From Dehalococcoidia bacterium (lineage in GTDB: Bacteria; Chloroflexota; Dehalococcoidia; GIF9; AB-539-J10), in the NCBI GenBank assembly GCA_009619075.1, contig WJOY01000039.1, positions 1 to 61,166 on the forward strand: 61,166 nt of DNA, read 5' to 3'. The notes under the pieces are model-generated. The model worked only from the letters and a program-made list of their open reading frames with translations. It was not told where the DNA came from and ran no database searches. Made by a program: the position numbers and the translations under genes. Positions 19,691 through 28,277 of the stretch are shown one piece after another. Position 1 is the first letter of the stretch. Every line of letters starts with the position of its first letter.

Positions 19691-19766
19691 GACCTCTTCC
19701 GGCCCACAGTACTGTTTATTTATCATAATGCCAAGAATAAATGAAACTGGTAAAATCAACCATGCC

Positions 19767-21347
19767 ATGACCATTAGCATTACTGTTTATGGTGGTGCAG
19801 GGGTAATAGGTGGAAACAAAATTTTCGTCGAGGCGGACAATACCACCATATCTTTTGATTTCGGTATTAATTATGCTCTTTGGTCCCAATACTTTGAGGA
19901 ATATCTCAAACCTCGTGCTAGTAGAGGTCTAGCAGACCTATTTGAAATCGGACTTCTTCCCCCTTTGAGGGGTATCTATCGAAGCGAGCTCGAACCACCC
20001 TGTGACGATATCTGGTCAAGGCTGCACTCTGAGATAAGGGATGTTCGCCTGGACGCTGTCCTCCTCTCCCATGCCCATCTAGACCATAGTGGTCATATAT
20101 CTTTTCTAAACCCTGACATCCCTATTGTGTGCAGCGCTACCACAGCTTTTCTTGCCAAAGCAATCCAGGACTCAAGCCGAGGAGATTTTGAGAAGGAAGT
20201 GTGCTATGCCATGCCTCGTGAGGAGCAAGAGCGCCTACTTGTTCCTTGTGATTGGCGAAGATATGCCTCACTTCAAAGGCAATTCTGTTTCCCTGATGCC
20301 GCGTTGTTATCCTCACAAGCACAGACTTTTTGGCGCAAGCCAATTGGAGCCAGAAAATTGAATTGTAAACAGCCAAAAGTTGTTACCCAGGTTGCTAATC
20401 TCGAAGTGAGGTGCTTCCCCGTTGACCACTCCATTTATGGGGCAACAGCTTTTGCCGTTAAGACAAGCCAGGGATGGGTGATTTATACGGGAGACTTACG
20501 TTTGCATGGCAAGATGGGTTACAAGACCAAGGAATTCGCTAATGAGGTAGCAAAGCTTCAGCCTATTGTGCTCCTGTGCGAAGGAACTAACATTGGCGAA
20601 GAAGGCAATGCAGTGACCGAGGAGGAGGTCCTTCAAAATGCTTTTCAAAAGATTAAGGAGGCTGAGGGTAAGTTAGTGATTGCCGACTTTGGCCCCAGAA
20701 ATCTGGAGAGGCTGTTGACATTCAGGGAGATTGCCGCCAGCCATGGACGAAAACTTGCCATCCTGCCCAAAGACGCCTATCTCTTACAGTCCTTACATCT
20801 TGTAATGCCTGAAATGCCGGATCCTATTGCGGATAACACCTTGGTCGTATATGAGGAGGTTAAAAATGTTCTTAACTGGGAGAAGGACTTACTCAAGTGC
20901 TACAGAGATAAAGGCAAAACAGTTCAACCTGAGGATATCAGTCGTGACGAAGGAGCTTATATTCTCTGTCTCAGCTTCTGGGATATCAATGAGCTGATTG
21001 ATATCAGGCCAAGTAAAGGAGGATTATATATTTACTCCTCCAGCGAGGCTTTCAACGAAGAACAGCGTATTGACATGAGAAGATTAAGACAATGGATTGA
21101 CCATTTCGGACTTTTGCCTGCCGGAGTCCCTGATGCTCAAACAGGCAAAGTAGCTGAAGTTGAGAGAGGTCTTCATAGCTCCGGACATGCTTCAGCTTCT
21201 GAGTTGCTAGAAATTATCGAGACAATCAACCCAAGGATTGTCATTCCGATACATACTGAAGCCCCCGAGCTTTTTGCTGATAAGGTTGGCGCTCAGAGGC
21301 AAGTTGTTATACCCAAAGTAGGCGTGCCGATTGAAGTGCCGCCTTAA
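19767..21347 (+). CDS. MBL-fold metallo-hydrolase (RNase J / beta-CASP-like)
   Basis: ORF 19689..21347 trimmed to MTISITVYGGAGVIGGNK; LLSHAHLDHSGH metal motif. Confidence 0.65.
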   Translation: MTISITVYGGAGVIGGNKIFVEADNTTISFDFGINYALWSQYFEEYLKPRASRGLADLFEIGLLPPLRGIYRSELEPPCDDIWSRLHSEIRDVRLDAVLLSHAHLDHSGHISFLNPDIPIVCSATTAFLAKAIQDSSRGDFEKEVCYAMPREEQERLLVPCDWRRYASLQRQFCFPDAALLSSQAQTFWRKPIGARKLNCKQPKVVTQVANLEVRCFPVDHSIYGATAFAVKTSQGWVIYTGDLRLHGKMGYKTKEFANEVAKLQPIVLLCEGTNIGEEGNAVTEEEVLQNAFQKIKEAEGKLVIADFGPRNLERLLTFREIAASHGRKLAILPKDAYLLQSLHLVMPEMPDPIADNTLVVYEEVKNVLNWEKDLLKCYRDKGKTVQPEDISRDEGAYILCLSFWDINELIDIRPSKGGLYIYSSSEAFNEEQRIDMRRLRQWIDHFGLLPAGVPDAQTGKVAEVERGLHSSGHASASELLEIIETINPRIVIPIHTEAPELFADKVGAQRQVVIPKVGVPIEVPP

Positions 21348-21371
21348 ACCCGACTTAACCTATTTTCCTTT

Positions 21372-21488
21372 GTCATTGCGAGCCCTTCGCCTTCTGTCAT
21401 TCTGAGCCCTTCACTTCTTGTCATTCTGAGGGAGTAAAGCGACCGAAGAATCTCACAGTGTTCAGGACAGGCTCAGCGAAGCAATCTC
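21372..21488 (+). repeat. tandem hairpin-repeat cluster (four units)
   Basis: GTCATTGCGAGCCCTTCGCCTTCT, GTCATTCTGAGCCCTTCACTTCTT, GTCATTCTGAGGGAGTAAAGCGACCGAAGAATCTC, ...GGCTCAGCGAAGCAATCTC. Confidence 0.85.
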
Positions 21489-21500
21489 TTGCCTGCTAAC

Positions 21501-21806
21501 TTAACGCTCCAATTCTCTTCTTAGCGAGTCCAACTTACCTTTCATACTCAAAGTTTTATCTCGCCGGTCATCAATTTTAATTACGGTTACTACCCTGGCG
21601 ACTCCCTCAGCAAAAACCTCTTCATGCATCTTCTTTGCTACCGCCAAAATCTTATCCAGGTCCCCCTCTATAATCGTCCCCATAGCGGTTATTTCGTATT
21701 TTATATCTTTCTCTTGCTGCAAGACTTTAACTGCCCTTGCTACATATTTGCTGAGTGAAAGTGTTTCTGTCCCTAAAGGAATAATGCTTATCTCTGCCAC
21801 TGCCAT
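21501..21806 (-). CDS. MTH1187/YkoF-like (UPF0045) thiamine-binding-fold protein
   Basis: ORF 21501..21860 trimmed to MAVAEISIIPLGTE, the typical family N-terminus. Confidence 0.7.
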   Translation of the reverse strand: MAVAEISIIPLGTETLSLSKYVARAVKVLQQEKDIKYEITAMGTIIEGDLDKILAVAKKMHEEVFAEGVARVVTVIKIDDRRDKTLSMKGKLDSLRRELER

Positions 21807-21847
21807 TCTTTTCCTCCTGCTCGGAAAGTCTACCAGAGATATTGGAT

Positions 21848-21975
21848 TTAATGAAACCACCTTAAGGTTCTGGATAGCCCCACTGCCAGTGCTATCAGAA
21901 TAAGAAGAATAGCTATTCCTATAGTTATGAGTTTATTGGACTTTGTTGTGGCCTTTCCCTTTTTCCTTCCGCTCA
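21848..21975 (-). CDS. possible 42-aa single-TM peptide
   Basis: My translation MSGRKKGKATTKSNKLITIGIAILLILIALAVGLSRTLRWFH*; too short for the ORF track. Confidence 0.3.
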
Positions 21976-22036
21976 TCTAGCTTCCTATCAAACTATCTCC
22001 GGAATAGTGAAAATATTACCAAGTATTCACTTCGGT

Positions 22037-22141
22037 GTCATTCTGAGCCGAAGCCCTGAACGAAGTGAAGGGGAAGAATCTGACACACTCAAGATAAACT
22101 CCGCGACCGAAGAATCTCGGAGACTCTTCGCTCAGCGTGAC
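22037..22141. repeat. MITE-like composite repeat bounded by inverted GTCAnnCTGAG termini
   Basis: Left end GTCATTCTGAGCCGAAG..., right end ...CTTCGCTCAGCGTGAC (reverse complement GTCACGCTGAGCGAAG). Confidence 0.8.
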
Positions 22142-22358
22142 ATAGGGAGCGAATAGTTACAAATACTATACTCCATCCGTCCCAAAGCTTGCCGAGAATG
22201 GATTCCCAGTCTATCCAAGCCAGAATGCCTTGAGGGGTTGATTAAACTCAAGTCCGAAGGGCAGCTGATGTTGCTGGGCAAGATATTCGACTCCGAGGAA
22301 GATCAGGAAACATTTTGCTCATCTTTAAAGAATGCTTTATCGAGGGGAGGCTTTTGAA

Positions 22359-22484
22359 ATGAAAGAACTAGTTGAGAACTTAGCCAGGAAGGCTGGGGAT
22401 TTCTTGGTCGAGCATTTTCGCAAGGATCAGACACTGCTAAAGCTTCGAACTCAGCCAAGGATGCTGAATTTAATTTCCCTCTAA
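22359..22484 (+). pseudogene. N-terminal fragment of an inositol-monophosphatase (SuhB)-family gene
   Basis: MKELVENLARKAGDFLVEHFRKDQTLLKLRTQ... then stop after 41 codons; resembles IMPase N-termini by eye only. Confidence 0.4.
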
Positions 22485-22539
22485 CATGTGCCGTCGCGGT
22501 ATGGACATCAACAAGCAGCTTGCTATGGTAATTAAGCTA

Positions 22540-23136
22540 TTAGAAAGTATTCCAATGCAAAACTGATTCTAGTTTTCTCTTTGGAACATGAAGCACACCA
22601 CTTTTGTCTTTCCAATACTTCACGGAACCATTAAATGGCTCTGTAACCGGGTTTTCATCTGGATAGCCCAGGGCTAAAACCAGTAAAATTTCATAATTAT
22701 CAGGAATATTCAGTATTTCCCTCAATTTATCCCTATCAACACTGGCAATAGGACAGGAACCTATGCCCTTTTCCAGAGCTACCAGTATGATATTCTCCAT
22801 TGCTCCTCCAACGTCATATACCGACGATGGCACTCCGATATCCCTGTTTTTAAGTATGGTGATATACGCCTTTGGTCTTTTGCCCTCAGGTGGGGTACCT
22901 TCTGGGCTGATGTACGCTGCCCACTTTAATGTGGAGAATACCTGAGGTAGCATTTGATCATCATTCACAATCACATATTCTAAGGGTTGGAGGTTAGCTG
23001 CTGAAGGTATTAATCTGGCTGCGTCAACGCAGTTCTCCAAGATTTTGCGGGGGATGGGTATCTCCCTAAAGCGCCTGATTGAGCGCCGCTTGATAATCAC
23101 CTCATAGACACTCATATCGCTCCTTTTTTCAGGCAT
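22540..23136 (-). CDS. nitroreductase family protein
   Basis: 198 aa; IKRRSIRRF and SAANLQP motifs. Confidence 0.8.
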   Translation of the reverse strand: MPEKRSDMSVYEVIIKRRSIRRFREIPIPRKILENCVDAARLIPSAANLQPLEYVIVNDDQMLPQVFSTLKWAAYISPEGTPPEGKRPKAYITILKNRDIGVPSSVYDVGGAMENIILVALEKGIGSCPIASVDRDKLREILNIPDNYEILLVLALGYPDENPVTEPFNGSVKYWKDKSGVLHVPKRKLESVLHWNTF

Positions 23137-23346
23137 TGTAACACTCGAAACTAGGGCTCCTCAACCTAAATTAAAATACAGCATCCTCTCTATCCTGACA
23201 AAGGTTAACCTTGTAGCAATTCCATATTCTGTCCTAGTTTTAGCTTACATAGGCTAGGTTGCTTTGAGTGAAGGTTAATAATATTTCCAGGATTGCACAA
23301 TGAAACCAAGTATGGAATTTTGAGTCCCAAAGAAATTCCGGGACGC

Positions 23347-23627
23347 TCAGTCAATTTTGGCATGTATGCTATCGACCTTATCTTGCAGTTCGATTGTTAG
23401 GTGGATTGTCTTGGCTGCCCTCATATAATGATTAATCTCATCCAGAGATAGCTTTCGTCCCTTCCTATCCTTGAAGTATTTCTCCATTACCTGATAAGCT
23501 CCAATATGATATTCCCACACTTCCTTTGAGATGCCTTTCTAAAATCACCCGCCACATAAATCCTATGGATTTCCTTAAAGTAGCTACTTAAAATCCTCTT
23601 GAGTTTGTCTTTTTGTGTCTTTTTCAT
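23347..23627 (-). pseudogene. collapsed remnant of a type IIG/Eco57I-like restriction-modification methyltransferase (N-terminus fused to C-terminus, frameshifted)
   Basis: My translation: MKKTQKDKLKRILSSYFKEIHRIYVAGDFRKASQRK... then, in another frame, EVWEYHIGAYQVMEKYFKDRKGRKLSLDEINHYMRAAKTIHLTIELQDKVDSIHAKID*. Confidence 0.45.
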
Positions 23628-23768
23628 TTATTCCTTTTCAGGCAAAGGAGTATTTGTCTCAGCCAAAAGGCTGTAGAATGCAGCCCTTGGGATGAGCCAC
23701 TTTTTGAATAAGGGGTGCTATAGCAAAAGTTCGGGGTGAAGTCGATCTTAAGAAGTAAGATGGCTCTT

Positions 23769-24113
23769 TTAGCAAGTCAGATGCAAAGCCGCTATAACTT
23801 GCTCTTCCGCCTGAAATTTTTCGTTGTAGATTTTACATGCTTTATCAGTTGGCTCCGCTATTAGTTCTATATTATTGGAATTCAAGAATTCCTTTACCTC
23901 TTGTTTAACTTCAACGTAACCAAAAGCTCCGGTTCCGACTATTAAAACCTTCGGCGCAGCTTCAATGATTCCTTTTATATCTTCCATATTCAGCTCATGT
24001 CCTTCTTTACGCCACCAACCACTATTAACCTTGTTGGAAAAGATAATAACATCACTCATATATTTCTTACCGTTTATCACTACCTCTCCAAAGGAATAAA
24101 AATCAATACGCAT
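23769..24113 (-). CDS. Mth938-like (DUF498) domain protein
   Basis: 114 aa; FGEVVINGKKY...DVIIF...LIVGTG pattern. Confidence 0.65.
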   Translation of the reverse strand: MRIDFYSFGEVVINGKKYMSDVIIFSNKVNSGWWRKEGHELNMEDIKGIIEAAPKVLIVGTGAFGYVEVKQEVKEFLNSNNIELIAEPTDKACKIYNEKFQAEEQVIAALHLTC

Positions 24114-24215
24114 AGTTTTCTCCCTTGGGTAAACTTTAAGCTTATCATACCAGCCTGATTACCTATTTTTGAAGCACAAACCAATTGTTAATGCTCTATA
24201 ATATGTTGTAAGTGT

Positions 24216-24914
24216 ATGTCAGCAGATTTAGCCGAGAGAATCGAAACTTTAGCTCAATGGATGTTTGAGGCAAAGCATCTGGTTGTCTTTACAGGTGCTG
24301 GCATAAGCACAGAATCAGGTTTGCCTGACTTTCGCGGGCCCGATGGCATCTGGACACGCCAGGCAAAAGGACTGCCACCAAAGGCGCGACCATTTGGCTC
24401 TGTAGAGCCTAATGCGGGGCACCTGGCTATTGTGGAGCTACAGAAGTTGGGCAAGTTGAGTTTTCTTATCTCACAGAATGTGGATAACCTCCACTTGATG
24501 TCTGGGATACACCCTGATTTACTGGCGGAGTTACACGGGAATGTCACCAAATTGCGGTGCACTCGCTGTGAAGCTGAAGTGGACAAATCTGCCGGGCTGG
24601 ATAGATGCCCTTGTGGTGGCAAGCTGGTTTCCAGTGTGGTTAACTTTGGTCAGCCCTTGCCTCGAAAGGCACTGGCAGATTCCTATTGGCATTCGGAAAA
24701 CTGTGACCTTTTCATAGTCGCTGGCTCAAGCCTTGTGGTCACTCCGGCCGCTGACATGCCTAAAGTGGCTCTGAAATCAGGAGCCAAGCTGGTGATTATC
24801 AATCAGGGTGAAACGCCATTCGACCGGGTTGCTCATCTGAGATTCTGGGAAGGGATAAGAGAAGTCTTACCTCCAGCAGTGGCTCAGTTGAAGGAATTTA
24901 TGAGAGTATCTTGA
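24216..24914 (+). CDS. cobB: NAD-dependent protein deacylase (Sir2 family)
   Basis: 232 aa; GAGISTESGLPDFRGPDGIWT, QNVDNLH, zinc ribbon CTRC...CPCGG. Confidence 0.9.
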   Translation: MSADLAERIETLAQWMFEAKHLVVFTGAGISTESGLPDFRGPDGIWTRQAKGLPPKARPFGSVEPNAGHLAIVELQKLGKLSFLISQNVDNLHLMSGIHPDLLAELHGNVTKLRCTRCEAEVDKSAGLDRCPCGGKLVSSVVNFGQPLPRKALADSYWHSENCDLFIVAGSSLVVTPAADMPKVALKSGAKLVIINQGETPFDRVAHLRFWEGIREVLPPAVAQLKEFMRVS

Positions 24915-26106
24915 TTGGGCTGTTTTCCAGATGAGAGGTTATCTTACCCAAAAGCTTATCCACTCCCCAGCCTCTGGTGGCGGAGATAAGGACTATGTTT
25001 TTATTCGGCAGCACGATTTGTTCCTTAAGACAAGGAACAGCAGTTAGGATTTCTAGCTCCCCTTCACTGCTCAGGGCTAAATCCAGCTTGTTGAATACTG
25101 TGATTCTAGGTTTGTCTTTGAGGTTTAGCTTGTCAAGGATTTTCTCTACTGTGAGGCATTGATTGGCAGCGTTTTTGTGTGTTATGTCAACCATATGCAA
25201 GAGTAAGTTAGCTTCACCAAGCTCCTCCAGCGTGGCTCGAAAGGCGGCAACGATTGATGACGGCAGTTTTTGAATAAAGCCTACAGTATCAGTCATCAAG
25301 AATTGCTGACCATTGGGTAAGTTCAAACGGCGAGTCACTGGGTCAAGGGTAGAAAAAAGTTTGTCTTCTACAACTACACCAGCCTTACTTAGGGCATTAA
25401 ATAAGGTGCTTTTGCCAGCATTAGTATAGCCAACAAGGGCTACGATTGGCATTCCTATTTTCTTGCGTTGCTTTCTATAAAGAGCTCTGTGCTGCCTTAC
25501 CTCTTCTATTTCATGTTGCAGACGATTGATGCGCTTATGAATAAGGCGGCGGTCAGTTTCTAATTGCGATTCGCCAGGACCTCTGGTGCCGATACCTCCA
25601 CCAAGTCGCTCTAAATGGCTCCACTGCCCCACAAGCCGTGGCAGAAGGTATTGGTGCTGAGCTAACTCAACTTGAAGTTGTCCTTCATGGGTTCGAGCTT
25701 GTTTAGCAAATATGTCCAAAATGAGGGCTGTGCGGTCAATAACCTTAACCTGCAATAATTCTTCCAGGTTTCTTTGCTGCCGCGGTGATAGCTCATCATC
25801 AAAAATCACTGTGTTGTATTGAGCTTGCTCTTTGAGGCTAATTAGCTCGGCAATCTTTCCCTTGCCGATATAATAAGTAGGTGAAGGCGCTTTTAGTTTC
25901 TGGGTAAACATACCTACCACATTGGCGCCGGCTGTCCTGGCTAGATAAGATAATTCCTGTAGAGAATCAACAGCTGACCAACCATGGTTAGAGGCCTTGC
26001 TCTCTACTCCTACCAGGAATGCTTGTTCCTCAGTTTGGGTAGCGAAAAGCTCCTGCTTTATTTGTTCCCTCCTGTGCTTATCACCCTCATCCTTCGATAA
26101 ACTCAA
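24898..26106 (-). CDS. hflX: GTPase HflX
   Basis: 402 aa; GYTNAGKSTLFNAL, DTVGF, NKLD motifs. Confidence 0.9.
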   Translation of the reverse strand: MSLSKDEGDKHRREQIKQELFATQTEEQAFLVGVESKASNHGWSAVDSLQELSYLARTAGANVVGMFTQKLKAPSPTYYIGKGKIAELISLKEQAQYNTVIFDDELSPRQQRNLEELLQVKVIDRTALILDIFAKQARTHEGQLQVELAQHQYLLPRLVGQWSHLERLGGGIGTRGPGESQLETDRRLIHKRINRLQHEIEEVRQHRALYRKQRKKIGMPIVALVGYTNAGKSTLFNALSKAGVVVEDKLFSTLDPVTRRLNLPNGQQFLMTDTVGFIQKLPSSIVAAFRATLEELGEANLLLHMVDITHKNAANQCLTVEKILDKLNLKDKPRITVFNKLDLALSSEGELEILTAVPCLKEQIVLPNKNIVLISATRGWGVDKLLGKITSHLENSPIKILS

Positions 26107-26174
26107 GACAAGCTCTTAATCCTCTCATGTAATGAAGTTCCTTTTCCTTACAAGAGAGGAAGTTTACCTGGCAA

Positions 26175-27347
26175 CTAACATCTTCGGGCATGCCAAGCTG
26201 ATAGGCGGTTTACTCCTTCCTCTAAACGGTCATCAGCCAGAGTCAGGGAGAATCTAATGTAACCCTCTCCCTCCTTTCCATAGCCAATGCCAGGAGTGAC
26301 AGCTATGCCAGCTTCATCAAGCAACTTTTTAGTGAAATCTATCGAAATATAGCCCTGAGGAATGGCAGCCCAAATGTAGAAAGTGGCTTTGGGTATCCTG
26401 GCTTTTAAGCCTATTTTAGCCAGGACTTTTATCAGTTTGTCTCGGCGCCGCTGCAAAATGGCATTATGCTCAGCAATACAATCCTGAGAGCCACGCAGAG
26501 CTTCGATAGCAGCCTGCTGAATTGCTTGAGGGATACCCGAATCCAGATTGGATTTAACTCGGAATAAGGCATCTATCATCTCAGCATTGCCCACCACCAT
26601 GCCTATTCGCCACCCTGTCATGTGATAAGTTTTGGACAAGGAGTGAAATTCTACACCAACTTCCTTAGCTCCTGATACTTGCATAAAGCTTGGTGGCTTG
26701 TAGCCCTCAAAGGCGACTTCGCTGTAAGGAGCATCGTGGCAGACAGCTAGATTATTATGCTGGCGAGCAAAATAAACTGCCTTTTCGAAGAAATCAATGT
26801 CGGCTGTAGCCCCAGTGGGATTGTTGGGATAGTTTAACCACATGAGCTTTGCTTTGCTGGCTATCGGCTCGGGGATGGCTTCGAAATCGGGCAAGAAGTC
26901 ATTCTCCTCTTTCAAGGGCATAAAATACGGCTTGCCGCCAGCTATTATGGTGCTCATGGAATACACCGGATATCCAGGGTCAGGTACCAGGGCTATATCA
27001 CCAGATTCGATAAAACACAACGCTATATGCCCAATCCCTTCCTTGGAGCCAATGAGCGGCAGCACTTCTTTATCTGGATTCAGAGTAACTCCGAATCGCC
27101 TCTCATACCATTCGGCAATAGCCTGTCGGAGTGCGGGCAAACCGCCAGTCTCGGGATACCGATGATTAGCCTGGTTGTGTGCTGCCTGGCACATGCATTC
27201 AATAATGTGAGCCGGCGTGGGCAAATCAGGGTCACCGAGGGCGAAGCTGATGATGTCCTCTCCCCTAGCTCGAAGTTCAGCGATTTTCTGATTTATGTCG
27301 ACAAAAAGATAAGGGGGTAACTTATTAAGTCGTTTGGCTAATTGCAT
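26175..27347 (-). CDS. dapL: class I/II aminotransferase, probably LL-diaminopimelate aminotransferase
   Basis: 390 aa; SLSKTYHMTGWRIGM PLP-lysine motif; immediately upstream of dapF. Confidence 0.7.
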   Translation of the reverse strand: MQLAKRLNKLPPYLFVDINQKIAELRARGEDIISFALGDPDLPTPAHIIECMCQAAHNQANHRYPETGGLPALRQAIAEWYERRFGVTLNPDKEVLPLIGSKEGIGHIALCFIESGDIALVPDPGYPVYSMSTIIAGGKPYFMPLKEENDFLPDFEAIPEPIASKAKLMWLNYPNNPTGATADIDFFEKAVYFARQHNNLAVCHDAPYSEVAFEGYKPPSFMQVSGAKEVGVEFHSLSKTYHMTGWRIGMVVGNAEMIDALFRVKSNLDSGIPQAIQQAAIEALRGSQDCIAEHNAILQRRRDKLIKVLAKIGLKARIPKATFYIWAAIPQGYISIDFTKKLLDEAGIAVTPGIGYGKEGEGYIRFSLTLADDRLEEGVNRLSAWHARRC

Positions 27348-27350
27348 TGG

Positions 27351-28277
27351 CTATTCTCCTTTAGTTAGATATTCCCCAGTGAAAACTTCTTCCACCGGGC
27401 CGGTGAGCAATACCTCCCCTACCCTATCCCACGATATAGTCAAGGTCCCACCTGGAAGTATTATGTCAACTATATCGCCTACATAATTATGTAGCTGGGC
27501 AGCTACAGCTATGGCACAAGCACCGCTACCACAAGCAAGGGTCTCTCCCACACCTCGCTCCCATACTCTAGCTTCTATCTTCCCCCTACTCAAAACCCTG
27601 GCTATCTCAAAGTTTGTCCTTTGTGGAAACAAGGGATGTCTTTCCACCTTAGGTCCCACCTCGGCTAGAGGAAAATTAACTACTGGCTCAGATACAAAGC
27701 TCACCGCATGGGGATTGCCCATGGATAAGAGGGATACTGATAGCTGATAGCTGTTAGTTGTCAGTTGATAGGTGATTACTGGAGACTGCTTCGCTTCGCT
27801 CGCAACGGCATCTGTGGTGAGGGTGACGGGAATTTGTTCTGGTTGGAATTGGGGCGTGCCCATGCTTACCTCGACTCGGCTCACTTTATTTCCTAACATG
27901 TACGCTTTAGCCTGTCTCATGCCCGATAACGTTTCTATCCTTAAATTTGTTGTACTAACTACGCCCTTTTCAATAGCATACTTGGCAAGACACCTTAATC
28001 CGTTGCCACAGGTCTCAGCCTCGGAACCATCGGGATTAAAGATGCGCATCTTTAAATCGCAATAGCTAGAATTCTGCACCAATATCAAACCATCGGCCCC
28101 TACGCCAAAGTGACGGTCACACATAGTTTGTGCCAGCTTAGCCCAATGAGATTCTTCGCGGAGTTTACTCTGAGCGAGATTCTTCGGTCGCTTCTCTCCC
28201 TCAGAAAGACAGGATGGGGCTCTGTCATCTATCAGAATAAAATCGTTTCCTGTAGCCTGGAATTTGGAGAATTTCAT
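27351..28277 (-). CDS. dapF: diaminopimelate epimerase carrying two in-frame repeat insertions
   Basis: 308 aa; MKFSKFQATGNDFILID, MCDRHFGVGADGLILV, ETCGNGLRC, LACGSGACA; insert peptides CLSEGEKRPKNLAQSKLREES and AVASEAKQSP. Confidence 0.9.
   Translation of the reverse strand: MKFSKFQATGNDFILIDDRAPSCLSEGEKRPKNLAQSKLREESHWAKLAQTMCDRHFGVGADGLILVQNSSYCDLKMRIFNPDGSEAETCGNGLRCLAKYAIEKGVVSTTNLRIETLSGMRQAKAYMLGNKVSRVEVSMGTPQFQPEQIPVTLTTDAVASEAKQSPVITYQLTTNSYQLSVSLLSMGNPHAVSFVSEPVVNFPLAEVGPKVERHPLFPQRTNFEIARVLSRGKIEARVWERGVGETLACGSGACAIAVAAQLHNYVGDIVDIILPGGTLTISWDRVGEVLLTGPVEEVFTGEYLTKGE
27781..27809 (-). repeat. degenerate hairpin-repeat unit inside dapF
   Basis: Minus strand GCCGTTGCGAGCGAAGCGAAGCAGTCTCC. 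Confidence 0.7.
28148..28213 (-). repeat. 66-nt composite repeat inside dapF
   Basis: Minus strand CCTGTCTTTCTGAGGGAGAGAAGCGACCGAAGAATCTCGCTCAGAGTAAACTCCGCGAAGAATCTC. Confidence 0.9.

Noticed and set aside
19530-19766. FMN riboswitch expected upstream of the rib operon
   Set aside because: The operon is led by dcd, and the upstream gap is filled by hairpin repeats. I could not find the conserved FMN-element blocks.
19607-22141. Possible CRISPR array, given the several closely spaced similar ~24-35-nt units
   Set aside because: The units abut directly without unique constant-length spacers, vary in length, occur in both orientations and are scattered across the whole window. There are no cas genes.
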